A stretch of DNA of 32,000 nt from Idiomarina loihiensis L2TR (GTDB lineage: Bacteria; Pseudomonadota; Gammaproteobacteria; Enterobacterales; Alteromonadaceae). Under the pieces are notes generated by a model. That model worked only from the letters and a program-made list of their open reading frames with translations. It was not told the DNA's origin and ran no database searches. The DNA is taken from the NCBI RefSeq assembly GCF_000008465.1, contig NC_006512.1:2430001-2462000 (forward strand), written 5' to 3'. The translations under genes and the position numbers were made by a program. Below, one piece after another: positions 24,227 to 32,000 of the stretch. Within the stretch, counting starts at the first letter, position 1; each line of letters begins with the position of its first letter.

Positions 24227-25054
24227 ATGAAAAAAATAATAACTTCTGTTTCCGCCATTGCACTAGCAAGCGTCCTTGGCGCCTGCTCGCCGGCTCCTGA
24301 AGCCGACTCTTTGCAAACTGCTGTTGACCATGAATCACGTACTGACAAGTATCAGGCTCGTGACGAGTTCCGCCATCCCCAAGAAACGTTAGAGTTCTTC
24401 GAATTAGAGCCAAATATGACGGTCGTTGAAATTTGGCCGGGCGGCGGTTGGTATACCGAAATACTGGCACCTTACCTTGCCGACGAAGGACAGCTTTACG
24501 CTGCACATTTTCCTGAAGATTCAGGAAGCGATTATTACCAGCGTTCACTGGAAAAATTCAAAGAAAAATTAACCACCAACCCGGTTTATGGGAATGTAAA
24601 TTTAACTGAATTTGCCCCGGGTTCTGATAGCGAAATTGCACCGGCAAGAAGTGCCGATAGAGTCCTCACTTTCCGCAACCTTCATAACTGGTATATGCAA
24701 GAAGGTGAAGAAGGCGTAGTGCAGGCATTCCGTCAGTTTTATCAAACACTAAAACCCAATGGCATGCTGGGTATCGTTGACCACCGTCTGCCTGAGTCGA
24801 AAGAGGCTGAAGCATTCAAAGATTCGGGTTATGTAAAAGAAAGCTGGGTCATAGACTTAGCCGAGCAAGCAGGCTTTGAGTTTGTCGCCAGTGCCGAAAT
24901 CAACGCAAACCCGAAAGATACAGCCGACCACCCTAAAGGCGTATGGACTTTACCTCCAACCCTAACTCTGGGTGATGAAGATAAAGAAAAATATGAAGCC
25001 ATTGGTGAAAGCGATCGTTTCACCCTGAAGTTTCGCAAACCCGTTACAGACTAA
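24227..25054 (+). CDS. Class I SAM-dependent methyltransferase with a lipoprotein signal peptide
   Basis: 275 aa. N-terminus MKKIITSVSAIALASVLGAC has a lipobox-like LGAC. Motif I-like VVEIWPGGGWY. It resembles the COG4798-type predicted methyltransferases. Confidence 0.7.
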   Translation: MKKIITSVSAIALASVLGACSPAPEADSLQTAVDHESRTDKYQARDEFRHPQETLEFFELEPNMTVVEIWPGGGWYTEILAPYLADEGQLYAAHFPEDSGSDYYQRSLEKFKEKLTTNPVYGNVNLTEFAPGSDSEIAPARSADRVLTFRNLHNWYMQEGEEGVVQAFRQFYQTLKPNGMLGIVDHRLPESKEAEAFKDSGYVKESWVIDLAEQAGFEFVASAEINANPKDTADHPKGVWTLPPTLTLGDEDKEKYEAIGESDRFTLKFRKPVTD

Positions 25055-25072
25055 CAGGACAAAGCTAACCTT

Positions 25073-26356
25073 ATGAAAGTATTGGTCGTTGGCGGCGGAG
25101 GCCGTGAACACGCTCTGGCGTGGAAAGCAGCACAATCAAACCAAGTTGACTGCGTTTATGTTGCACCCGGTAATGCAGGTACAGAGCGTGAGCCAAACCT
25201 GACGAATGTTGCTATTGGTGCTGAGGACATTGAGAGTTTGCTCAATTTTGCTAAAAGCGAAGACATTGAACTGACTATCGTTGGCCCTGAAGCACCGCTC
25301 GTTGCCGGTATTGTTGATCGCTTTAACGAAGCCGGACTGGCAGCCTTTGGCCCAACCGCAAAGGCTGCACAGTTAGAAGGCTCTAAAGCCTTCAGCAAAG
25401 ACTTTTTGCAGCGTCACAACATACCCACCGCCGACTACCAAAACTTTACCGAGGTTGAGCCTGCTAAAGCTTATGTCGCTGAAAAAGGTCTTCCTATTGT
25501 CATTAAGGCCGACGGACTTGCCGCTGGCAAAGGCGTTATTATTGCCGAAAGTCAGGAACAGGCAGATGCCGCTATCGACGACATGCTGGCCGGTAACCGT
25601 TTCGGCGATGCCGGGCATCGCGTGGTTATCGAAGAGTTTTTACGTGGCGAGGAAGCCTCCTTTATCGTAATGGTTGACGGTAAACATGCCATACCTTTTG
25701 CCTCAAGCCAGGACCATAAGGCTCGCGACAACGGCGACAAAGGCCCAAATACTGGTGGTATGGGTGCTTACTCACCGGCTCCGGTGGTTTCTCCGGCCAT
25801 CCATGACTGGGTTATGCGTCATGTCATTAAGCCCACAGTAGACGGAATGGCTGCAGAAGGAGCACCTTACAAAGGCTTCCTGTACGCGGGTTTAATGATA
25901 GCCGAAGATGGCACCTCCAAAGTTCTGGAATACAACTGTCGCTTTGGTGACCCGGAAACTCAACCCATTATGATGCGCCTGAAGTCTGACTTGGTAGAAC
26001 TTTGCCTCCAGGCAATTGATGGTAAGCTCAATCAGGCGCCTATCAACTTTGACGAACGTGCTGCAGTTGGTGTGGTTATGGCCGCTGGCGGATACCCTGA
26101 AAGCTATGCAAAAGGTGACATCATTCACGGCTTGCCGGATCACTCACCTGAAAACCAGAAAGTATTCCACGCCGGTACTAAAATGGATAACGGTAAAGTG
26201 GTCACTAGTGGTGGTCGAGTTTTGTGTTGTACGGCTTTGGGTGACACTGTTACAGAAGCACAAAAACTAGCATATCAACTGGTTGATCAAGTGAGCTGGA
26301 ATAACGTCTATTACCGTACTGATATCGCTCACCGCGCAATAAACCGCGAAGGCTAA
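25073..26356 (+). CDS. purD: Phosphoribosylamine--glycine ligase
   Basis: 427 aa: MKVLVVGGGGREHALAWKAAQS...VAPGNAGT...IVIKADGLAAGKGV. Confidence 0.95.
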   Translation: MKVLVVGGGGREHALAWKAAQSNQVDCVYVAPGNAGTEREPNLTNVAIGAEDIESLLNFAKSEDIELTIVGPEAPLVAGIVDRFNEAGLAAFGPTAKAAQLEGSKAFSKDFLQRHNIPTADYQNFTEVEPAKAYVAEKGLPIVIKADGLAAGKGVIIAESQEQADAAIDDMLAGNRFGDAGHRVVIEEFLRGEEASFIVMVDGKHAIPFASSQDHKARDNGDKGPNTGGMGAYSPAPVVSPAIHDWVMRHVIKPTVDGMAAEGAPYKGFLYAGLMIAEDGTSKVLEYNCRFGDPETQPIMMRLKSDLVELCLQAIDGKLNQAPINFDERAAVGVVMAAGGYPESYAKGDIIHGLPDHSPENQKVFHAGTKMDNGKVVTSGGRVLCCTALGDTVTEAQKLAYQLVDQVSWNNVYYRTDIAHRAINREG

Positions 26357-26429
26357 ATACTTACCTCCTGTCATAGCACTGTCATAAAATAAAACTAAGC
26401 TTTTATGTTGTGCTGTAACAGGGGGTTCC

Positions 26430-28208
26430 ATGTCAGGGTCTGATTTAACTAAAGAGCTGCTTAGCCTTATTCAGGACAAACAGCTTTATCCTCTATTCCA
26501 GCCCGTTATGGACACTTCCCGTGGAATTGTTATTGGCCACGAAGCTCTTATTCGCGGGCCTAAAGGACATCCACTTGAATTCCCGGATCGCCTATTTTCT
26601 CTCGCCAGCCAGGCACAGTTACTGTCTGAACTGGAACTAGCCTGTCGCTCGGCAGCTATGGAAGCGTTTCAAAAAAACGCTATGCAGGGAAAGCTGTTTC
26701 TTAACGTAAACCCTAACGTGTTGCAGGACGACAGCCACCCTCATGGCTCAACGTTACGCTTGTCTCAGCAATTCGGCATAGCGCCGGAACAAATCGTTAT
26801 CGAAATTTCAGAGCGCTATCCAATTGAAGACACCAAGAACTTAAAACACGCCATTATTCACTATCAAAAACTGGGGTTTATGATAGCAATTGATGACTTA
26901 GGTGCCGGCTATTCAGGTCTGAAACTCTGGTCAGAATTACGTCCTGACTATGTGAAAATTGATCGATACTTTATTCATTCTATTGAAAAGTCCTCTGTAA
27001 AAAGAGAATTTGTACAAAGTATCTTATCGCTAGCCACCAGTTTGCGCACAAAAGTTGTCGTGGAAGGCATTGAAACGCCAGATGAGCTTGAACAACTGCA
27101 GGTTATGGGCGTTAATTATTGTCAGGGCTTCCTGCTTGGCAGGCCCGCGCCTTATCCGGTGTTGGAGGTTCCGTCCTCACTACTGTTACCGCATCATCAT
27201 GTTGCATTAAACTACCAAAGTACTATCGCCAGTGTGGTCGATACCATTCATTGCGTATCAGCTCATACGCGCTCATCTGAAGTACTAGATACCTTTACAC
27301 AAGACAAAACCTTATCTTCACTGCCCGTTATTCATGAGAAGAAAGTCGCCGGAATTATTCGCAGAGAAAAAATTATGGAGTTCTTTTCCGGTTCCTACGG
27401 TCATGCACTTTATGCCAACAAACCGGTTTCTTACATAATGGACGAGCACCCTCTTTCCGTTGACTGGCAAACGTCGCTGGAAGAAGTGAGCCAGCTTATT
27501 ACCGATAACGACGAAGTCGATATTTATCAGCACATTATTGTGACTAAAAGCGATGTTTACTACGGTGTGGCATCCATTAAAAACCTATTACGCAGAATCA
27601 CCGAATTAAAAGTTAACAATGCACGACATGCTAACCCCCTAACCCAACTGCCGGGCAACGTTGCCATTAACCAAATTATTGAAGAACAACTTTCCCGAGT
27701 GCGATCATTTCACGTCGCCTACTTTGATCTGAACCATTTCAAGCCCTATAACGACATTTATGGGTACGAACAAGGCGACCAAATTATTAAATGGCTGGCG
27801 CAGATACTGCAAAAGCAACTATTCAGGCATGGTCATTTCATTGGCCACATTGGCGGGGACGACTTTGTGGCCATTTTCAAAGACATAGATAAAGAACAAA
27901 CCGAAGAGCAATGTAATAAAATTATCAGAGACTTTGAGCAGGATATTACCCGATTTTATCATCAGGAACACATTGATTTAGGAGGCATAAAAGCGCTATC
28001 CCGAAACGGTACGCCGGTTTTCTATCCTTTACTGGGCCTTGCTATAGGAGTTGTTCAGCCTGATCCTTCCGAGTGTTTATCGCATCACGATGTCGCACTG
28101 CTGGCCAGTGAAGCCAAAAAAGAAGCGAAACAATCTGACGGCAGCCGTTGCTACATGTGCCACCGCCAAAAACCCAGACGTTTACGCCAAATCAGTCCTC
28201 AACAATAA
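26430..28208 (+). CDS. Cyclic-di-GMP signalling protein: N-terminal EAL phosphodiesterase, CBS pair, C-terminal GGDEF-like domain (GGDDF)
   Basis: 592 aa. EAL-domain motifs are intact: HEALIRG (EAL codons 26541-26549), NVNP, EISE, DDLGAGYSG, KIDR, EGIET, QGFLLGRP. The middle region is CBS-like. The C-terminus has DLNHFKPYNDIYGYEQGD...GHIGGDDFVAIF (GGDDF at 27852-27866). Confidence 0.85.
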   Translation: MSGSDLTKELLSLIQDKQLYPLFQPVMDTSRGIVIGHEALIRGPKGHPLEFPDRLFSLASQAQLLSELELACRSAAMEAFQKNAMQGKLFLNVNPNVLQDDSHPHGSTLRLSQQFGIAPEQIVIEISERYPIEDTKNLKHAIIHYQKLGFMIAIDDLGAGYSGLKLWSELRPDYVKIDRYFIHSIEKSSVKREFVQSILSLATSLRTKVVVEGIETPDELEQLQVMGVNYCQGFLLGRPAPYPVLEVPSSLLLPHHHVALNYQSTIASVVDTIHCVSAHTRSSEVLDTFTQDKTLSSLPVIHEKKVAGIIRREKIMEFFSGSYGHALYANKPVSYIMDEHPLSVDWQTSLEEVSQLITDNDEVDIYQHIIVTKSDVYYGVASIKNLLRRITELKVNNARHANPLTQLPGNVAINQIIEEQLSRVRSFHVAYFDLNHFKPYNDIYGYEQGDQIIKWLAQILQKQLFRHGHFIGHIGGDDFVAIFKDIDKEQTEEQCNKIIRDFEQDITRFYHQEHIDLGGIKALSRNGTPVFYPLLGLAIGVVQPDPSECLSHHDVALLASEAKKEAKQSDGSRCYMCHRQKPRRLRQISPQQ

Positions 28209-28557
28209 GATCGTCTTCCGTGTCCGAGGCTGAACTGAAAGTGTCATCAGCAAATTTCCCCCGACCATACATACTGGCAACTTTAGGGCGATGAATTCGT
28301 GCCTGATACTTGGCCCAAACCTTTTCTACAGTACTTACCGGAGCTTGCTCACCTTTGCACGCGGCCAGTAATTCAATGTCTTCTTTTAACGTCGGCTTAA
28401 ATTCACCGTTCAGCATGGCTGTAATCAAACAACCATAATGAGTCAATGCATCGCTTTCACGAATTGAAAAGTCGCCAGAGCGTGAAAAGCCATAAGGATA
28501 GTTGCGGAAATCGTTAAACGGTTTCTTTAACAGTGATTCACGGGTCATCTTGGTCAT
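28192..28557 (-). CDS. maoP: DUF413 / macrodomain Ori protein MaoP (YifE-like)
   Basis: 121 aa. NYPYGFSRSGDFSIRESDALTHYG...CKGEQAPVSTVEKVWAKYQARIHRPK matches my recollection of E. coli YifE (HYPRGFSRHGDFTIKEA...CRGEREPVTEAERVWSKY). It has an acidic C-terminal tail. Confidence 0.75.
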   Translation of the reverse strand: MTKMTRESLLKKPFNDFRNYPYGFSRSGDFSIRESDALTHYGCLITAMLNGEFKPTLKEDIELLAACKGEQAPVSTVEKVWAKYQARIHRPKVASMYGRGKFADDTFSSASDTEDDLIVED

Positions 28558-28764
28558 GGGTAAGCCCTTCCTACAGACTAAAAACCGAACAAAAGTCTGT
28601 CGTTGTATACGACAAAGACGATATAGAGCTAACTCAGAATTTTGTCAATGAAAATTTTTGTAAAATGCCTTTTAACAAATTTTTACAGCATCTATAAATT
28701 AGCCTCACGTAATCAAATATGTCACTTTGTTTCAAATTGTTTCGCGAGCATAAGGAAGAGCACT

Positions 28765-29760
28765 ATGAATAAGTTAATGTTAACAACTCTGGCTACCGCT
28801 ACATTAGGTCTGGCTGCATGCGGAGGATCAGATAGTAATGACACTAACGATTTCGCTCAGTTCTCTTTAGGTATCAGTGACGCCCCTGTCGACAATGCAG
28901 AGTCCGTTGTCGCCTGCTTTAACGCCATTGAGCTTACGGGGAATGGCAACTCTCCCCGCACTTTCACAGTTGGTGAAGATATCGAGGCTCCTGAAGAAAA
29001 TGATCTTTGTACTAATGAGGAAGGCCAGCCCATAGCCAACACCATAGGTATTAACTTATTAGAATTCACCGGCAACGATTCAATGATGTTTCTGGAAGAT
29101 GCTGAAATAGCAGCCGGGCAATACGGTCAACTAAGACTGGTTATGGCGGATGGCTCATACATTATGACCGACACAAATGGTGACGGCGAAGCCGAGAAGG
29201 TGAGTATTCAAGTCCCTTCTAACGAACTTAAACTGGACGGCTTTATTGCCGATGCCGGTGGCAACCTTAACTTTACTGTCGAGTTTGACTTACGCAACTC
29301 AATGACAAATCCGGTAGGTCAAAGCCACTATATTCTTAAACCCAGAGGCGTTCGTTTAGTTGATAATTCTGCGGTCGGACACCTGAAAGGAACCGTAGCT
29401 GAAGGCGCACTGCTGTTTAACGACACTTGCACCGTGGCACCGGAAAACACAGATGAGCCAGTAGCTTACGTGTATTTATACGAAGGCAGTGATCTCGACG
29501 AAGCAACTCTGGCTGATAACGGCGGTTCGGAAGAAAATACGCCGTATGCCAGCACAGCGGTTTACTTTGATGACGTTAATACCTACGACTTTTCGCTTGG
29601 GTTTATTGCCGCAGGAGACTACACAGCCGCGCTAACCTGTAACGGTGACGACGACCCTGAAGCCGATGACGAAATTAATTTCCTATTTGCTGAAAATGTC
29701 AGTATTGAAGCGTCCAGCGAACCACAAGAACTGGAGTTTGTTGGTGCCGCCAGCGAGTAA
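28765..29760 (+). CDS. DUF4382-family lipoprotein
   Basis: 331 aa from MNKLMLTTLATATLGLAAC|GG (lipobox LAAC). AAGGAAGAG RBS. FSLGISDAPVDNAESVV...IELTG is the typical DUF4382 N-terminus. The start is trimmed from the track ORF. Confidence 0.65.
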   Translation: MNKLMLTTLATATLGLAACGGSDSNDTNDFAQFSLGISDAPVDNAESVVACFNAIELTGNGNSPRTFTVGEDIEAPEENDLCTNEEGQPIANTIGINLLEFTGNDSMMFLEDAEIAAGQYGQLRLVMADGSYIMTDTNGDGEAEKVSIQVPSNELKLDGFIADAGGNLNFTVEFDLRNSMTNPVGQSHYILKPRGVRLVDNSAVGHLKGTVAEGALLFNDTCTVAPENTDEPVAYVYLYEGSDLDEATLADNGGSEENTPYASTAVYFDDVNTYDFSLGFIAAGDYTAALTCNGDDDPEADDEINFLFAENVSIEASSEPQELEFVGAASE

Positions 29761-29774
29761 CCTCAAATTAAAAT

Positions 29775-29797
29775 AAAGCTACAGGGACGTAGCTTTT
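29775..29797. terminator. Possible bidirectional terminator hairpin between convergent genes
   Basis: AAAGCTAC-AGGGAC-GTAGCTTT with T-rich tracts on both strands. The T-run is weak on the plus strand. Confidence 0.45.
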
Positions 29798-29799
29798 AC

Positions 29800-31023
29800 C
29801 TACCAAAATCCAAAAGCGGAACCAAGACTTCTGCCACTCAGCACTACAGAAATCAGAAAAATAATTGCGGCTAAAATATTTTGCAGCAGTGAGTTGCGAT
29901 ATTTTCCCAACAGAGGACTTTGACAAAGCCACCAGAGAAATCCGACTATTATGGGCAACAAGATGCCATTAGCCACCTGTGCAAACCAGATAACAGTTAC
30001 GGGCTTAATACCAACGCTGGAAATAATAATGCCAATTACCAGAATCGTGAACCAGATAATCCGAAAAGCTCTGCTGCGTAAATTAACGGACCAGCCCATA
30101 ATTCCACAAAGCGCATAAGCACTAGCTAAAGGCGCGGTTGTTGCCGACGAAATACCCGCCGCAAACAACCCTATTGCCATTAAATAAGTGGCTCCGTCTC
30201 CAAACAATGGTCTTAAAGATTCAGCCAAGTCACCAGCACTCTCTATCTCAACTTGCTGACCAAAAAAGGCCGAAGCAGCTGTAGCCACAATGGCCATAGA
30301 AATAAGGCCGCCAAAAGGAATAGAGAGAAAAAGGTCACGCCGCGCGGCTGGCAATTCTTCTGCCGTTTTCCACTTTTTTGAAACACTGGATGCATGCAGG
30401 AAAATATTATAAGGAACCACAGTTGTGCCAATTAAAGCCACAACTGTTAAAGTCGCTCCGGTAGGCATGGAAAAACCAAAGGTACCATTGAATACCGCCC
30501 CCCAGTCAGGGTCTGTTAATAGAAACGTGCCGATAAAAGCCACGCTCATTAACAGCACCATAACGATAAGAGCTCGTTCTATCACCCGCGCATTACCAGA
30601 CCAAAGTATTAATAGCGCAATAATACCAATAATAAGCGCCCAGGCATTACTCAGCCAGACATCAAGTACAGGTACCGGTCCAAGCAGTTCGCTGGCACCC
30701 AGGCTTGCCCCGGAAAGGTTGCCCCCCTGATAGACACTATTGCCAATAGCAATAGCACTAAAAATGAGCAACAGCGCCAGCCACCGAAGCCAGCCAGAGG
30801 TTAAGTTATTACGAATATTCTCGCCCAGACCAGCTTGAGTGACTAACCCAATACGGGCAGACATTTCCTGCAAAATGACACAGGCGACAACGGAAAACAG
30901 CAATGCCCACAGCAATGCATAACCAAAATTAGCACCAGCTAGTGAAGCAGTAACTACCGTACCCGGACCAATAAAAGCCGCAGCGACCAGGGCGCCTGGG
31001 CCAAAGTTAGACAGTTTCAACAT
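29800..31023 (-). CDS. Nramp (SLC11)-fold membrane transporter, non-canonical binding-site variant
   Basis: 407 aa, about 11 TM helices. The N-terminus aligns with E. coli MntH TM1 (FGPGALVAAAFIGPGTVVTASLAGANFGYALLW vs [33 protein letters not shown]) and TM6 (GTTVVPYNIFLHAS vs GATIMPHVIYLHSS). Confidence 0.85.
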   Translation of the reverse strand: MLKLSNFGPGALVAAAFIGPGTVVTASLAGANFGYALLWALLFSVVACVILQEMSARIGLVTQAGLGENIRNNLTSGWLRWLALLLIFSAIAIGNSVYQGGNLSGASLGASELLGPVPVLDVWLSNAWALIIGIIALLILWSGNARVIERALIVMVLLMSVAFIGTFLLTDPDWGAVFNGTFGFSMPTGATLTVVALIGTTVVPYNIFLHASSVSKKWKTAEELPAARRDLFLSIPFGGLISMAIVATAASAFFGQQVEIESAGDLAESLRPLFGDGATYLMAIGLFAAGISSATTAPLASAYALCGIMGWSVNLRSRAFRIIWFTILVIGIIISSVGIKPVTVIWFAQVANGILLPIIVGFLWWLCQSPLLGKYRNSLLQNILAAIIFLISVVLSGRSLGSAFGFW

Positions 31024-31189
31024 AAGTATTCCTGTGCCCCGGAGACAACAGAAAATTTAATTTTTTGATTAACCCATTTATTGTTTTTATTTTGCATGGG
31101 AAGCATGTCCGTTTGACGGTAATTTAACCGCTGAGTCTATCTCACTTTAGAGGATTGCACAAAGCACCTCACTGCGGTAAAACAGTGCT

Positions 31190-32000
31190 ATGACAAAGAC
31201 AAAATTAGACTGGTCAAAAATACTGAAATCCGGGCAGAGGATCTTTATAGGTTCTCACGCGGCGGTGCCTACGGCCCTTATTGATGACCTGATAGAAAAT
31301 TCGAAAAACCTGCACGATATTGAAATTGTGCAGTTAATGACGCTGTCTGATAACAAATGGGCAGGTCCGCAGTATCAGCAACTCTTTAAGGTAAACACCT
31401 TTTTTATTGGTGGGGATACAGTACGAACTGCGGTTAACGAAGGACGCGCAGATTACACTCCCAGCTTTATTTCCGACATTCCTAATTTATTCAGTAACGG
31501 AATTCTGCCGCTGGATGCGGCCTTAATTATGGTCAGCCCCGCCGACAAGTACGGTTACCATTCTATGGGCGTGTCGGTTGATGTGGTTGCCGCGGCAGCT
31601 AAGTCTGCCAATACGGTAATAGCGCAGGTTAACCCTAATATGCCGGTTACCTATGGACAGTCGTTTCTGCACACGAACCAGATTCACCATTTTTGGGAAC
31701 ATGCGGCGCCACTACCGGAGCTGCCGCCGCCAAGCCTGGAAAACAATAAAATCATTGAACGTATAGGCCAGTACATTGCTTTGCTGGTTGAAAATGGCGC
31801 GACTCTGCAAATTGGTGTGGGTACCATTTGCGCGGCGGCACTGCGTTACCTGAGCAATCACAAAGATCTTGGCATTCACAGTGAGCTTATCACTGACGAT
31901 GTTATGCACCTTATGCTCAAAGGGGTCATCAACAATCGTAAAAAAACCTTTCACCCGAACAAAATCGTCACCAGTTTTTGTATGGGTTCTAAAGCTCTGT
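31190..32000 (+). CDS. Acetyl-CoA hydrolase/transferase family protein (4-hydroxybutyrate CoA-transferase-like), N-terminal part; continues past the window end
   Basis: Missing from the ORF track because it is open-ended. My translation from the ATG at 31190 reads MTKTKLDWSKILKSGQRIFIGSHAAVPTALIDDLIENSKNLHDIEIVQLMTLSDNKW...GRADYTPSFISDIPNLF...QIGVGTI, typical of this CoA-transferase family. Confidence 0.75.
   Translation, partial: MTKTKLDWSKILKSGQRIFIGSHAAVPTALIDDLIENSKNLHDIEIVQLMTLSDNKWAGPQYQQLFKVNTFFIGGDTVRTAVNEGRADYTPSFISDIPNLFSNGILPLDAALIMVSPADKYGYHSMGVSVDVVAAAAKSANTVIAQVNPNMPVTYGQSFLHTNQIHHFWEHAAPLPELPPPSLENNKIIERIGQYIALLVENGATLQIGVGTICAAALRYLSNHKDLGIHSELITDDVMHLMLKGVINNRKKTFHPNKIVTSFCMGSKAL

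Noticed and set aside
31024-31189. Possible Mn riboswitch or MntR/Fur operator between the Nramp-like gene and the CoA-transferase gene
   Set aside because: There is no recognisable yybP-ykoY-type core or palindromic operator, only generic AT-rich sequence.

Overview
Most of this window is conserved housekeeping chromosome from a gammaproteobacterium. Gene content and the 16S sequence look Alteromonadales-like, but I cannot verify that without a search. In order, it contains:
- the 5' part of a TonB-dependent receptor gene (minus strand, runs off the window start);
- an IS110-family (IS1111-type) insertion sequence;
- a complete minus-strand rrn operon: two promoters, boxA, 16S, tRNA-Ile(GAT), tRNA-Ala(TGC), boxA, 23S, 5S, terminator;
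- trmA and a MerC-domain membrane protein;
- the EF-P beta-lysylation module (epmA-efp, divergent from epmB plus a coupled small ORF);
- a DUF3016 protein, groES-groEL with a sigma32 promoter, and cutA-dsbD;
- aroQ-accB-accC-prmA, dusB-fis, and purH, a secreted SAM-methyltransferase and purD;
- an EAL-CBS-GGDEF signalling protein, maoP (yifE-like), a DUF4382 lipoprotein and an atypical Nramp-fold transporter;
- the start of an acetyl-CoA hydrolase/transferase-family gene (runs off the window end).
I found no CRISPR array, prophage, defence island or other convincing novel multi-gene system.

The only clearly accessory DNA is the roughly 1.38-kb IS element. Its 3' non-coding region folds into a stem-closed loop whose two sides spell the two halves of its own insertion site, so it is a candidate bridge RNA. 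The site it occupies is a REP-like hairpin, and a 13/14 near-match to that site lies in the 23S-5S spacer. Secondary observations are an Nramp homologue lacking all canonical metal-binding residues, a GGDDF-variant EAL-CBS-GGDEF protein, a lipoprotein methyltransferase between purH and purD, and an unusually long tRNA-Ile/tRNA-Ala spacer.
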